A stretch of 64,000 nucleotides of DNA from Octopus bimaculoides (Eukaryota), in the NCBI RefSeq assembly GCF_001194135.2, contig NC_068994.1, positions 4,067,170 through 4,131,169 of the forward strand, in the 5' to 3' direction. Shown piece by piece: positions 36,380 through 48,385 of this stretch (its first letter is position 1; every line of letters begins with the position of its first letter). The notes beneath the pieces are model-generated. The model was not told where the DNA came from. It ran no database searches and was given only the letters and a program-made list of their open reading frames with translations. The position numbers were made by a program, and so were the translations under genes.

Positions 36380-37780
36380 CCTCATAAAGTTATAACAGTT
36401 TATAAACAGGAGGCTGGTATTATCTTGAATAGAACTGCTTCTAAGAGCTTGTTTGGATAAAAATCAGCTGATGAGACTTAGAGGTAAATCATTGAACTTC
36501 ACATCCTCACAGTTTTATCATCCGACAACAGCTGTGAATGATGAGGTGTCAGATCAATTCAGTTATGTATTTGACGAAGAAATCAATCAATCTCTTCCAC
36601 CAGATGTTCTCATTTTGATTGGAGATGGAAAAACTAACAACAAAATCAGTAACTGTGGACATTTTCAGTTTGGGCATTGAGAATAATCAGGGAAGCCCTT
36701 TTGTTGAATTCTGATAATCGAAATATTTTTATTTCTAAAACATGATGTAACCAATATCATAGGCAACTTTACAATTGTATTTCGACTAATTGCAAGCCTC
36801 ATAAAAAAAAAAAAAAGAAATACCAATTTATAGTCCAACAACAATGGAAGTGTAGAAATAAGGTCTGTTAAAATAGGTTAAACTACATTCATCAGCTGAT
36901 TGCAATAATGACCATCAACTTGTTACAATAATTAAATAATATTTCAATAAAAAGATTAAAACATCAAGAAAATACAATTTTGCAAACATTCTAAATGAAT
37001 CTAATGTCAAAATAAAAAAAAAATATTTCAAAAACTTTGGCAATGTAAAGAAAAAGAGTGACCTGGAAGAACTGTGAAATAAAGCTAAAAAATTGTTTTA
37101 TAAATAGCAGGAAAAATATCAAAGTAAGAGAAAAAAAACTGACTGAAATGGTTAACAGATGAGACATGAGATAAGAAGGACTAAAAAAACTCAGAGATCT
37201 GACACCATTTGAATGTAAAGAATGAAAGAAACAATTGAGCAATGAAATTCAATATGCGATAAAAGAAAGAGAAGCAGGAAAAGAACAAGAAAATTTATGA
37301 TGAGAATGAAAAAAATTGAGTAAGAAACACTAATAAAGATCTTTACAAAGCAATGAAGATAATATGAAGAAAATTTGCACCAAGAATTGATGTTATCAAA
37401 GAGAAATATGGTAATATGCTTTATGAAGGGAAAAGTTTGTACGAAAGATGGAAAGAAAACTGCTGCAGCTTATTCAAGAATACAACAGGGAATAATCAAA
37501 GAGAATGCAATCATAATAATCAAAGTAAAAATTGTGTTAGAGAAAGAGGGAGAGAAAAAGAATGTCCGCCATTCATGTCTGGAGTAAAGAGAAATTGTTA
37601 CAGTGTTTATGTATAAAAATATGGAACCTAAATTTATGGCCAAATGATTGGTCTAAACCAATTTTGATGCCATTGCCAAAGCAAAAGAAGACATAACACA
37701 ATGTAAAAACAACAAGACAAATAACGTGAGTAAAATGTTATTAAAGATCATTGGTGAAGGAATGAAGGATCTTATTTAGA
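36380..37780 (+). mobile_element. Heavily decayed RTE/BovB-like LINE: AP endonuclease to start of RT
   Basis: RLRGKSLNF...YHPTTAVNDE...DVLILIGD (APE motifs), then SADCNNDHQL-like, RIDVIKEKYGNML...RWKE and WPNDWSKPILMPLPK-like segments across many frameshifts. Confidence 0.8.
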
Positions 37781-39053
37781 AAGCTAGAATGTCAAAGAAT
37801 GGTAAAAAAAAAAAATGTTCTTTTGGCTGAGTCTGTTTTCCCCACCTCCACCATGACCACCACCACTAGAACATACTTGTTATACAGAAACGTTAGCATG
37901 CCAGGCGAAATGCTTAGTGGTATTTCGTCTGAGTTCAAATTCAGCCGAGGTCGACTTGGTCTTTCATCCTTTCGGGGTCAATAAATTAAGTACCATATTT
38001 GGTGCCTATGTAATGCTTACCCTAGAATAGTACCTCTGGAATATAAACCCCTCAACAAAATATTCTGTGTGATCCTCATTCAGGTGAGGACATTGGTTTA
38101 TTGGGACCCAATGGATTACGCCTGTTCATTTGAACATCCTGCACAACTGGTTTGTTGCTCAACCAGACGCATTTATCTATCCTTGTCACCCATAGTGTGT
38201 GTGCCCCCTCTAGTTCCACTACTCAGTACTCTCTTCCTTCTTCTCCAAAACGTCTATCTTTTGGAATTCCCACCCTGTCAGTACCGTCATAAGGCATGGG
38301 TACACTGGGCAGGGCAATTGCACAGAGTGGGGTTGAGTGCAGGAACTTGCGGCTCTAAGGGATCAATTCTGATCCATATGTGCTGTCACTCACTGACAAT
38401 AAATACTTATAGAGCCCAGTGAGGTGATTTGCCTAGGAGCCTATAATGTTGTTAAGACAGCCTGGCGCCCTGTTCAAGTTTTTCCTTCCAGCCGTTAACT
38501 TGCTAGTGTCCAAATATAACATCAACGAACCGTCGTTTTCAGTAGTCTCAAGGGTCTATTAGAATAAATAAATAAAAATAATGATTAACGGTAGAAGAAA
38601 AAATTATAGAGACAGCAAGTAGATAAGGTGAAGTTAAGGTTGGTTATAGAATGAGAAACCACAAAAATAAATTCTTAACAGTCTAGTACAACTCCCAACC
38701 ATTGATCTTTAACCACAAGAGCACACAAAATATATTAATTCTGAATTGCACAATATGTGTCTTTGAGGACAATTCAGCTGGTCGCATCACAATATTAATA
38801 CAGAAAATTCTTCCGCGATCGCCAAATAAACAACAATTAAAGTTTCAGAGAAAGTGAAAGTGACACACGAAAGCAAATGGTAGACAGTAAGATAGATACG
38901 TTGTTTATATGCGTGGGTTTATGTTGTAATAAAAACAATTTTACATGAAACAGGAGGATTACTCAATTCTTTTGATAATGTACAAATTTATTCTTTCACA
39001 AGAAAAGTATTGACCGTAACTTCGAAGTTTCGGCAAGCTATATACGTAAGCAG

Positions 39054-39101
<48 letters not shown>

Positions 39102-39179
39102 CACTTGCACTTATCAAGTTTGATAAGAGTCAATGAACGAAACTCTCGGCCTGTGACTCACTGTTACTTCTGTTAAATA

Positions 39180-39223
<44 letters not shown>

Positions 39224-40497
39224 GCATTCAAACACTCTATAGCACGTCAGTAGCCGTACGCACACACTGAGGAGCGCGCGAGATGGAAGATAATAATTTC
39301 TTTATCAGGTTAGTGGCTGCAGTTTACCGCCACCAGTGGCAAAAAAATTTTTTTTTTTAATCATTAAACACCGCACTCGCCACCATTTCACCAACACTAT
39401 CACTACCGCTATCTCCACTCCATCGTGTCCCTCGCCGCCGCCCCTTCTACATCATTATATTAACGCCGCTACCACCTCTTCCTCGCCACCACCATCTTAC
39501 TATCATAATTACTCTCCCCTGCTTCTCCCTCTTTTGTGAATATATTTTTTGCCAGTCATTCCGTGTACTCTCCAGGCAAGAGAGATAAACATGTCCCCTT
39601 ACCATTAACCGGTGCATGTCCCCCTTGAAAAAAGTACTGTTTCAGACTGGTGTTCACTTCGATCCCCCCACTATATTTGTTTTTACATTGACAATCGTTT
39701 AAGAACAATACTTTAAAATTTAGTGAGTTATCAATATAAAATAAATATTTGGAAAATACATGTACACTTCGGCCAATATTTCCACCCATTTTTTAAATAC
39801 ACATATGAATGTATACGTTCTTTAGATGACACAGAAAAAATAGACTCAAAACAGGGAGTCTATACTTTTATTCGCCAGTATATACATAAATGACCGAAGG
39901 AATGAGAGTTCGTTGCATTTAGCAAAATATGAAATATATTCTTGTATTAAAAGATGGTATTTCTGGCGTAGGGCTCCAGTTTAAGCAAATTTGATAAAAG
40001 ATTTCAGGGAACAGAAGTCATAAAGACCCAAATCGGTCCACTTATCCTATACTAAGTTATCGGCCCGTGGCAACACACACACACACGCATACACAGTATG
40101 ACTCACTTACTGACTCTCACACATACAGTTTCATACACACACACACTATATTTGTTTCGAGCCAGTTCCGCTTTTTCGTGCAGTTTGAAATTAGAGGGAG
40201 AGTGGCAGATCTATGTAGAGAGAGAGAGAAAGTGTTATAAGAGGGAGGTATACAATTGATACAATAATAAATAGACAGGGGGAGAGATCCTACTACCACT
40301 ACTCCTCATAGAGCATCCATGAAGCGAGAGGAAAAGACTGAAATTTAGTGAGAAGAGATTGCAATAGATAAACAGAGAGGGGTAAGATTGAACTACTACT
40401 ACTACTCTGGAGCATCTACGAAACGGTAAGTTTGAAACTGGAGAAGGAGAGAGAGAGAGAGACGAAGATTTATATATGTATATATAGAGAGAGCAAG

Positions 40498-40536
<39 letters not shown>

Positions 40537-40578
40537 CAGAGTGAGAGAATACAGAGAAAGTGAGAGGGGAGAGAAAAA

Positions 40579-40627
<49 letters not shown>

Positions 40628-41945
40628 GTAAGAAAGAAGGAGGGAGAATGATATAAATATAGAGTGAGAGACGGGAAGGGAGAGATAATATGTGTGTGAG
40701 AGAGAGGAGGTGACAAAGAGAGAGAGAGTATTGTAGAAGGAATAATGTGTAATAGAGAAATAAAGAGAGGAAGATAGACAGAGAGAAACGTACACATGCA
40801 GAGAAAAAAGATAGATAGAGCGCTGTAGAGAGGGTGAGTTACTACTACTACCACTACTATTACTACTACTACTACTATTACTCATGTGGAGCAACGGTGA
40901 TACGGTAAGTTTGATGAATAATAAATATACTGATGATGTGAGTGAAGAAAACAATAGACCTTGAGTTTTGTTTCCTCTGCCTCTGTGTGTGTGTGTGTGT
41001 TTATATATAATATACACACGTATGTATATATGTATGGAGAGAGAGAGAGAGATAAGAGAGGGAAAGAGTGAATGGTAGAGCAAGGTTTCATGTGTGTGTA
41101 TAATATATAAATATGAGTGTATGTGTGTGTGTGTACATTCATATGTTTATATATATATATATGTGTGTGTGTTGGACACATTTGTTAACTGCCATAATAA
41201 TGTTTTCAGTTCTGCTTTTTTTTTCGGATCAAAGATCTCAGAAAAACTACAGTTCCTCTGTTTGTGTGTATGTCTATGTCTCTCTCACTCTTTCTCTCCC
41301 CATATATATATATACATACATATATACATACGTGTATGTATGTGTATAGTTATGGACATGCAACACAGCACACACACACACACACGTGTATATATATATG
41401 TGTGTGTATATATATCTCAGTTGATGTGGCTTCTCCATCGAGAAAGATTTTTGAAATCAGAACTATTCTTGTTTATTATATAAATGATTTATAGGGTCGG
41501 GGTTGCTTTCTGACTTGTTAAAACTTGTAATATATATGTATACACACAACACACACACGTATTTGATACTTAATACATCTCTCTCTCTCTCTCTCTGTAT
41601 ATATATATATACATCCGTACATATGTATTGAAGATGAAATATTTAACGAATTACTGCTTCTGTATATATATATGTATATATATAGGGATTGGAGATTTAT
41701 GTGTGTAGAATCCCGCCAAAGCTGGTTATGTCCGTAATCTTGCGATGGAGAGGGTGGGGGATAGAAAAGGGTCCAGTAATATACGTGGGTCGAATATACT
41801 TTGCCTTACATGCATATGATATACACGTCTTCTGTAGACACAAAGATTCTTGTTTTCATATCTGTTGTGGTGTTACATGACCATAACTATATTTACAACC
41901 TATAATACCGTTTGTATATGTAAATGCAGTACGTATACATTTGAT

Positions 41946-42008
<63 letters not shown>

Positions 42009-42219
42009 TTCTCTGATGTTCCGTTATAAACGTAACTTGGAAGATAGTGAAAGGCTGTGGTGAAGGAAACAGTATTTTGTCTTGAAAGTTGCGAATATTT
42101 TTGCAAATCACAGCTATATACTCAAACATATGTACTGTACATGTTTATACTCGTATATCGTATATGTTGTGTGGGTGTCTATATATATTTGTAAATATAT
42201 GTACGTAAACATATTATAT

Positions 42220-42250
<31 letters not shown>

Positions 42251-43554
42251 ATGTGTTTATATTATGTGTGTGTTTGTAAATATGTGCATGTATGTATGTT
42301 TGTATATATATATGTCATCATCATCATCGTCATCTGTCCGTTTTCTAAGCTGACATGGGTTGGAGAGTTTGGCAGAGCGCAGCGAACGGCAGGACTACAT
42401 CGTGCTCCAGCTTTGGCAGTATTTCCACGGCCCGATTCCCTTCCTAACGCCAACCACTTTATAGTGCTTACTGGGTGGCTTTTTTCATGTCACCGGCACC
42501 AGCAGGGTTGCCAAGTAACCTATGTGCGCGCGTGTGTGTATACATGTTCAGTTTATATATGAATGAATATATATTTGTGTGTGTGTGTTTTGTGTTTACA
42601 TTTTCACTGATCACTTCACAAGTTGAAGTTGTTGTCGTCTTCCTTGTCAAGAAATATTCTACTGATTTTGCACCCCTGAAAGGCTTATGGAATGAAGAGA
42701 TCCTTTACTCAATAAACAGATAATGGCTAGCAATGAGAAGGGCTTCTTCAGGAAGCCTAAATATGGACTATGAAGAAAGAACTTAAAGATTGCCTCTTGG
42801 GAAGGCTCAAAATAGGCCTGAGCACAAAACCAAAGAGGAAATTTAGGAACACATTCCACCCATCTTCATTATTATTGCTCAACATAGTACAGGTTTCAGT
42901 GGCCAATGTTATTGTCCTGAACAGCAGACCATATCAAGATGTTATATTTTGATGACTTCTATACCTCAATGGGAGACAAAAATCTGTCCAATTACGGTGA
43001 TGTTATTGGCAGAGAAAAACAACATGATACTGAGTTCTTACTGTAACTAATGGTGGTTGGAAACAAGATGAGGACAAATATCCGTCGAATGTAAATAATG
43101 GCACTGTGTTGTTTGTCTTGTCTGGTTTGTGGATATTTAAATTTAAATGCCTTTTTAGCCCAGTGTGGCTCTGAGAGGTCTTACTACAAATATGGCATAT
43201 GAGTGTGTCTGCTGGAATGAGCTTGATATCATTTGGACCAACTGTAGAAAGATGAGTTCTGAGATGTGCCTTTGAAACAAAGAAATCATCCCTCAGATTC
43301 AGCAACTGAGGGATGACTCTGTAGTTCTCTTTTCATTTTTGAGGCAGATTATTTATAGTGTGACGCCCTTCCTGCCATCACTCCTCACCACTCATGCACA
43401 CACAAATATATGACTAGCTTCGTTTAGTTTCCATCTACCAAATCCTCTCACAAGACTTTGGTTGTCCCAGGGCTATAGTAGAGAACACTTGCCCCAAGTG
43501 CCATGCAGTGGTATTGAACCTGAAACTAAGAGGTTGGGAAGCACACACACACAT

Positions 43555-43765
43555 ATGCATGGCCCTCATTCTGGTGGCACGTAAAAGCACCCACTACACA
43601 CTCGGAGTGGTTGGCGAAAGGAAGGGCATCCAGCTGTAGAAACTCTGCCAGATCAGATTGGAGCCTGGTGCAGCCTTCTGGTTCGCCAGTCCTCAGTCAA
43701 ACCATCCAACCCATGCCAGCATAAAAAGCAGACATTAAACGACAATGATGATGATGATGATGATA
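43555..43765 (+). mobile_element. Family C retroposon: (TGA)n-tailed sequence, probably the RTE 3'UTR (truncated LINE ends or SINE tails)
   Basis: GGCACGTAAAAGCACCCACTACAC...GGAAGGGCATCCAGCTGTAGAAACTCTGCC...AACCCATGCCAGCAT...(GAT)n. Other copies: 4355-4575(-), 23015-23245, 23285-23480(-), 25180-25290(-), 35625-35825, 42315-42510(-), 49510-49665, 57740-57910, 58535-58678(-), 61980-62130. Confidence 0.8.
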
Positions 43766-44646
43766 GATAAAACTTACTTGGAAGAGGATGGATTCATGGC
43801 GTTCAGTCATATAATAATATAAATAATATGTATATATATACATTTCACTGTCTGTGTTTGTACCTCTCTCTCTCTTTCTCTCACACAGTGTTTGGCCCTC
43901 TACCTCTCTCTCTCTCATTCTGTTTGTCCTTCTACCTCTCTCTCTCATTCTGCTTGTCCTTCTACCTCTCTCTCTCACTCTCACTCTGTGTTTGTCCATC
44001 TATCTCTCTCTCTCACTCTGTCCCTCCCTCTCTTTCTCTTTCTCTCTCTCTCTCTCTCCCTCTCTCCCCCTCTCCCCTTTATATCTCTCATAATTTTTCT
44101 AACTTGTATCTTACCCCAGGTTCACCTGTCTGTCTATCCAGCTGACCAATGCTCTGCTACAAGATGATGTCCCAGAATTGGAGACCTTCTGATTTGGTTT
44201 TGCCTCAACAACCACCCGTTTTTAACTCCAACAAACCCGACCGTTTGTGTGTATATTGCTTTCATCTTTATCAACTTTAATAAAGGAGGAGAAAAAAAAA
44301 AGCCAAAGGATTATTTTCAAATCCATTCCCAGATCTGAACTCTTCTTACGCATAATATCTCATCATCTCCACATTTTTAATTATTACAAGAGGAAATTTT
44401 CTTGTTTTATATTAAATTTCATAGACACCTTTGAACCCTACAATAGTGGGGACACTTACACCTTTAGAATAATGTGATTGGTTTGTTTAGGCTATTGATA
44501 AATCATCAGAATGTACCCTGTTTGACTGACCATAGGTGGACTGTGCACTGTATATCTACCATTATCTTCTCATTTGTTAATTGGGATTAATTGAGGTGAC
44601 TACAAGAACATAAGAATATATTGAGTCGAAGATTTGGCAGTGGTGC

Positions 44647-44691
<45 letters not shown>

Positions 44692-44923
44692 CACACGTTT
44701 GGTATGTGTTCAGATCAGAGTTAAAACATTCCAGGATATATAAAATGTGAAAGACTGAAGACGTGTCGGGAATGTTCCAAGCCTAGTGGTGGTGATAATA
44801 TTAATGATTACAATAAAAGAATACAGAAACAGCTGCAATAATATTAATAATAATAATAATAATAGTAATAATATATTAATAACGGTTATAATATAAATAA
44901 TAGTGTGAAAGAGCAAACTGAAA

Positions 44924-45430
44924 ATGTACCAGATGCAGTGTGGGGGCAAACAGCAGATTAACAATAATTGTTGTGGAATTAATAATGATAGTCAGGCTGA
45001 GGTACACACGTGCGGTGGGACAGCATCACAGAATGGATTTACAAACTTTATGGAGCTGATCAAGAAGCCGGACAAGTCCCGGGACAAACCTTTCAAATGT
45101 GGAATTTGTCGTAAAGGATTTACATTGAAAGCCTACCTGAATCGACACCTGTTGGCCCCTGAACCCGGTAAACACTTCCCCTGTAGTTATTGCAGCAAGA
45201 TCTTTCCTCAGAGGGACCGCCTCGAAACACATGAACGCACCCACACGGGGGTCAAGCCGTTTGTCTGTAACATTTGCTCCAAGTCGTTTTCACAAAAGTC
45301 GCACCTGAACACTCACAAACACGTCCACACCGGCACAAAGTCGCCAAACGCCGTCGACCGGAGCATGAAGCGCCGCAAAACCCTGGCGATGACAATGATG
45401 ATGAATTCCATGCAACAGCACCAGCACCAG

Positions 45431-45474
<44 letters not shown>

Positions 45475-46615
45475 ACATCATCACCACCATCAGCATCACC
45501 AGCATCACCAACAACATCAGCACCACCTTCAGCATCAGCATCAACACCAGCATCAACACCACCAACATCAGCACCAGCACCATCAGCACCAACATCAGCA
45601 TCATCAACACCAGCATCACCAGCATCATCATCAGTTCCATCATTTTGAGAACCACAGCAAGACCTGCCCCCAACATCTTAACCAGATGGGCAAACGCAAA
45701 ACTGGGCCAGGCAGCTCAGATAAACCCTTTAAGTGTGATGTGTGTCGGAAAGGCTTCACCCTGAAGGCCTACCTCAACCGTCACTTATTGGCCCCTGACA
45801 CAGGTAAACATTTCCCTTGCTCTTACTGCCACAAGGTTTTTCCCCAAAGGGACCGACTGGAGAATCATGAAAGAACTCACACTGGGGTGAAACCATTCCA
45901 TTGTACAATATGTGGCAAGAACTTTGCCCAAAAGTCCCATTTAAACAAGCACCAAAATGTCCACAAAGCAGATCGGATGTCGGGAACCAGTGTGCCTTCA
46001 GCTTCAGTCACTTCAACCTCGTCGTCGTCAGGCGCTAACCAAGCCCCAAACCTTCCGAAACCTCCATCGATGATTTCACCTCAAGCTTCGTCCTCTTCAG
46101 GGACCTACTCTTCCCAGATGATTAACCAAACTGCAGCGATACACAAACAGGCTGTTATGACAACAAACACACAGTATTCACAACAGCAAATCAAATATTC
46201 TACTTCGGCCCCGCAGCAGCAGCAACAACAACAACAACAGCAACCAGCTGCCCAGAAAGATCCATCGACAATGTCGGCCTGCTCGCATCAGATGATGCAT
46301 CAACATGCACCACTGAGGCAACAACAGCAGCAACAGCCGCAACAGCAACAGCAGCAGGCACCACCACCACCACCGCCTCCACCACCATCTCAGCAGTCAT
46401 CGAACATGACTGCAACATCGACGATGAACACAGCCACCTACCATCAACAAATGGTGCCGCAAAGAGCTGCTGAGAATAATTATAACTGGAAACGTAACGC
46501 TGCCATAACAGCTAGCTGGAATGCAGGCTGGACAAACACATCGAACCCAACTTATGGCCAGAGGAAATGTGAGAGCCAAGAGGCTGTCCACAACATTCAG
46601 ACATTGATGCAGTGA
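44924..46615 (+). CDS. C2H2 zinc-finger protein, 563 aa: two duplicated 3-finger cassettes separated by a poly-Q/H tract, with a Q/P/S-rich C-terminus
   Basis: Open ORF with gaaaATG start and an in-frame stop 18 nt upstream. Cassettes at 45098-45328 and 45734-45964 have TGVKPF linkers. High synonymous divergence with protein conservation between cassettes supports real coding function. Confidence 0.92.
45413..45643 (+). repeat. Coding CAG/CAA/CAT/CAC repeat giving a poly-Gln/His tract of about 77 aa
   Basis: In frame within the 44924 CDS; a second poly-Q/poly-P tract lies at about 46213-46395. Confidence 0.9.
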
Positions 46616-46967
46616 AACTAGTTTGAAGATGAGGAAGAGTAAGAGCAAGAAGAGGAATATGGAAAAGATTATTGAAGTAATTAAAGGAATGAGCTGTGTC
46701 TGGGTGAGGCAGAGGCGGTGAGAGGAATCAAGGTGGTGGACTGTTGACAATACGGTCACCAGTTCAAACCTTAGTGCAACTCATGTGTTGTGTCCCTGCA
46801 CAAGACATGTAGCTGTGTTTGCCCCACTACTTCATGGGGTTGAGCAGCTGGTGGTTGGAAGGGCAGCCAACAAGAAAACAATTTGATTGCTCCAACAAAA
46901 AAGGGAAAAGATATCCTAGTCATGATAGCTTTGAAAAATGGATTAAAAAAAAAAAGAATTAAACTAC

Positions 46968-46973
46968 AATAAA
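46968..46973 (+). other. Candidate polyadenylation signal of the 44924-46615 gene
   Basis: AATAAA about 350 nt after the stop codon; no transcript evidence. Confidence 0.35.
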
Positions 46974-47084
46974 CAAAACAAAAACATATCGCTTAACAAT
47001 TGATGCACCACCACAAGTGTCTATATGAATATCTACACACTTGCTAGAAGTGGTGGATATATAAAACAAGAAGTTCAGATCAAG

Positions 47085-47540
47085 TATTTGAGCTCAAACA
47101 TTTCTATCATTGAATCAGAACGACATATTTGAGACCTTGGCTCAAGCATCTGTATTAATCATTTAAGGATCTTGGCTCATGAAACCATTAAAAACATTCG
47201 GAGACTTAGTTCAAACATCTGTATAATCATTTGAAATCTTGGCTCAAGCATCTGTTCAACTATTTGTGGTCTTGACCTCAAGCATCTGTGTAATCATTTG
47301 GGGATCTTGGCTCAATCTGTCATTAAAAACATTTGGAGACTTGGCTCAAGCATCTGTTTAAAACATGTAGGATCCTGGCTCAAGCTACTGTTAAAAACAT
47401 CTAGGGTCTTGGCTCAAGCAGCCAGCAAAACATTTGGAGGTCTTAGCTCAAGCATCTGTTTAACTATTTGGAATCTTGGCTCAAGCAGCCATTTTAAAAA
47501 ATTTGGTATTTTCGGTTCAGTTATTTGTGTAAACATTTAA
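47085..47540. repeat. Minisatellite, about 33-34 bp unit, about 12 copies
   Basis: TCTTGGCTCAAGCATCTGT(T)TAAAACATTTGG recurs near 47137, 47170, 47206, 47238, 47271, 47306, 47340, 47373, 47407, 47441 and 47474. Confidence 0.85.
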
Positions 47541-47929
47541 GACCGCTATTCAATTGTCCACATAAAAACTTGAGACATCATTTCAATAATCTGTTTAATG
47601 AATATTTTGGTTTTTTAATCTCCATTCTCTGTAAAAAATCATTTGGGACCTTAACTCCAATACCTGTATCAACAGTGACTCAGTTTGTGAGACAGATTGA
47701 AACAGGGGTACAAATAATTAGGCAATTTTGATTCCTGAGAAAAACCAACACACACAAATAGACACAAATATGAATTGAAGTGAAAGCCATTGACTTGTAT
47801 GCTGTTTCTCTTTTTTGAGATATTTTCATTATTAAAATAATAATAAAACTAAAAAAAAAAATAAAATGAAATAGCATCCTAATTCTTTATCCACCATCTT
47901 AAACAATTGCTGGTTCAATATCAGAGCAT

Positions 47930-48130
47930 GTGGAACCTCAGTATGGTCACTCTAAATTCTAGAAATAGCAGCCAAATTTCCTCCACGCACCCTGCACTTT
48001 TAAAAGGGAAAGAGACATTGGAGGATGTAGTCCTCATTACACTTTGCCATAAAGCAAAGATGAGATAATCAAAGCTTTTACACCTTTGATCACTAGTTTC
48101 CTAAATCATTGCTGGCCTGGTGTTAAACAG
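47930..48130 (+). repeat. Dispersed repeat family F, unclassified
   Basis: Shared motifs AGAAATAGCAGCCAAAT..., GATGTAGTC(C/T)T and CCTTTGATCA; related segments at about 1790-1930, 16765-16840, 27900-28130, 32570-32960, 52230-52620. Confidence 0.55.
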
Positions 48131-48167
48131 CGACAAGATTGAGAAGATTCTTTAAGACAAATTTTAA

Positions 48168-48385
48168 CCTTTTTGATACGAAACCCACCCGAAACTACAC
48201 CTGGTTCTACGATAAAAACTTCTTATTTTAAAGATGATCTACGTTAAAACCTACCAGCGAAATTTCATGTCAATTTATGTTCCAAACTATAACTTAATGA
48301 AACAATTATTTTACTAAATTCTTTGTTATTTTCAAAATTAATTGGAACAAAGACATATTTCAACAAAGATACAGTAACAAAAGGG
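48168..48385 (-). mobile_element. piggyBac-like MITE (TTAA-flanked), same family as 2070-2279
   Basis: TTAA|CCTTTTTGATAC...GTAACAAAAGGG|TTAA. Confidence 0.65.

Noticed and set aside
38023-38082. Possible small exon ending CAG|GTGAGG
   Set aside because: Weak acceptor next to a SINE end; peptide not recognisable.
39328-39345. CTCF site (CCGCCACCAGTGGC)
   Set aside because: One base short of the CCACYAGRKGGC core; not a clean match.
40235-41181. 282-aa and 150-aa minus-strand ORFs
   Set aside because: Translation of (GA)n/(TA)n-rich sequence.
45158-45160. Restoration of the missing His by RNA editing (also 45794-45796)
   Set aside because: The codon is CCT; A-to-I editing cannot produce CAT/CAC.
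45026-46759. Minus-strand poly-Leu/Met/Val and Ala/Ser/Pro ORFs over the second ZNF gene
   Set aside because: Antisense reading of CAG/CAT coding repeats.
47085-47540. CRISPR-like repeat-spacer array
   Set aside because: Eukaryotic context, no unique spacers and no cas genes; the units are diverged tandem copies.
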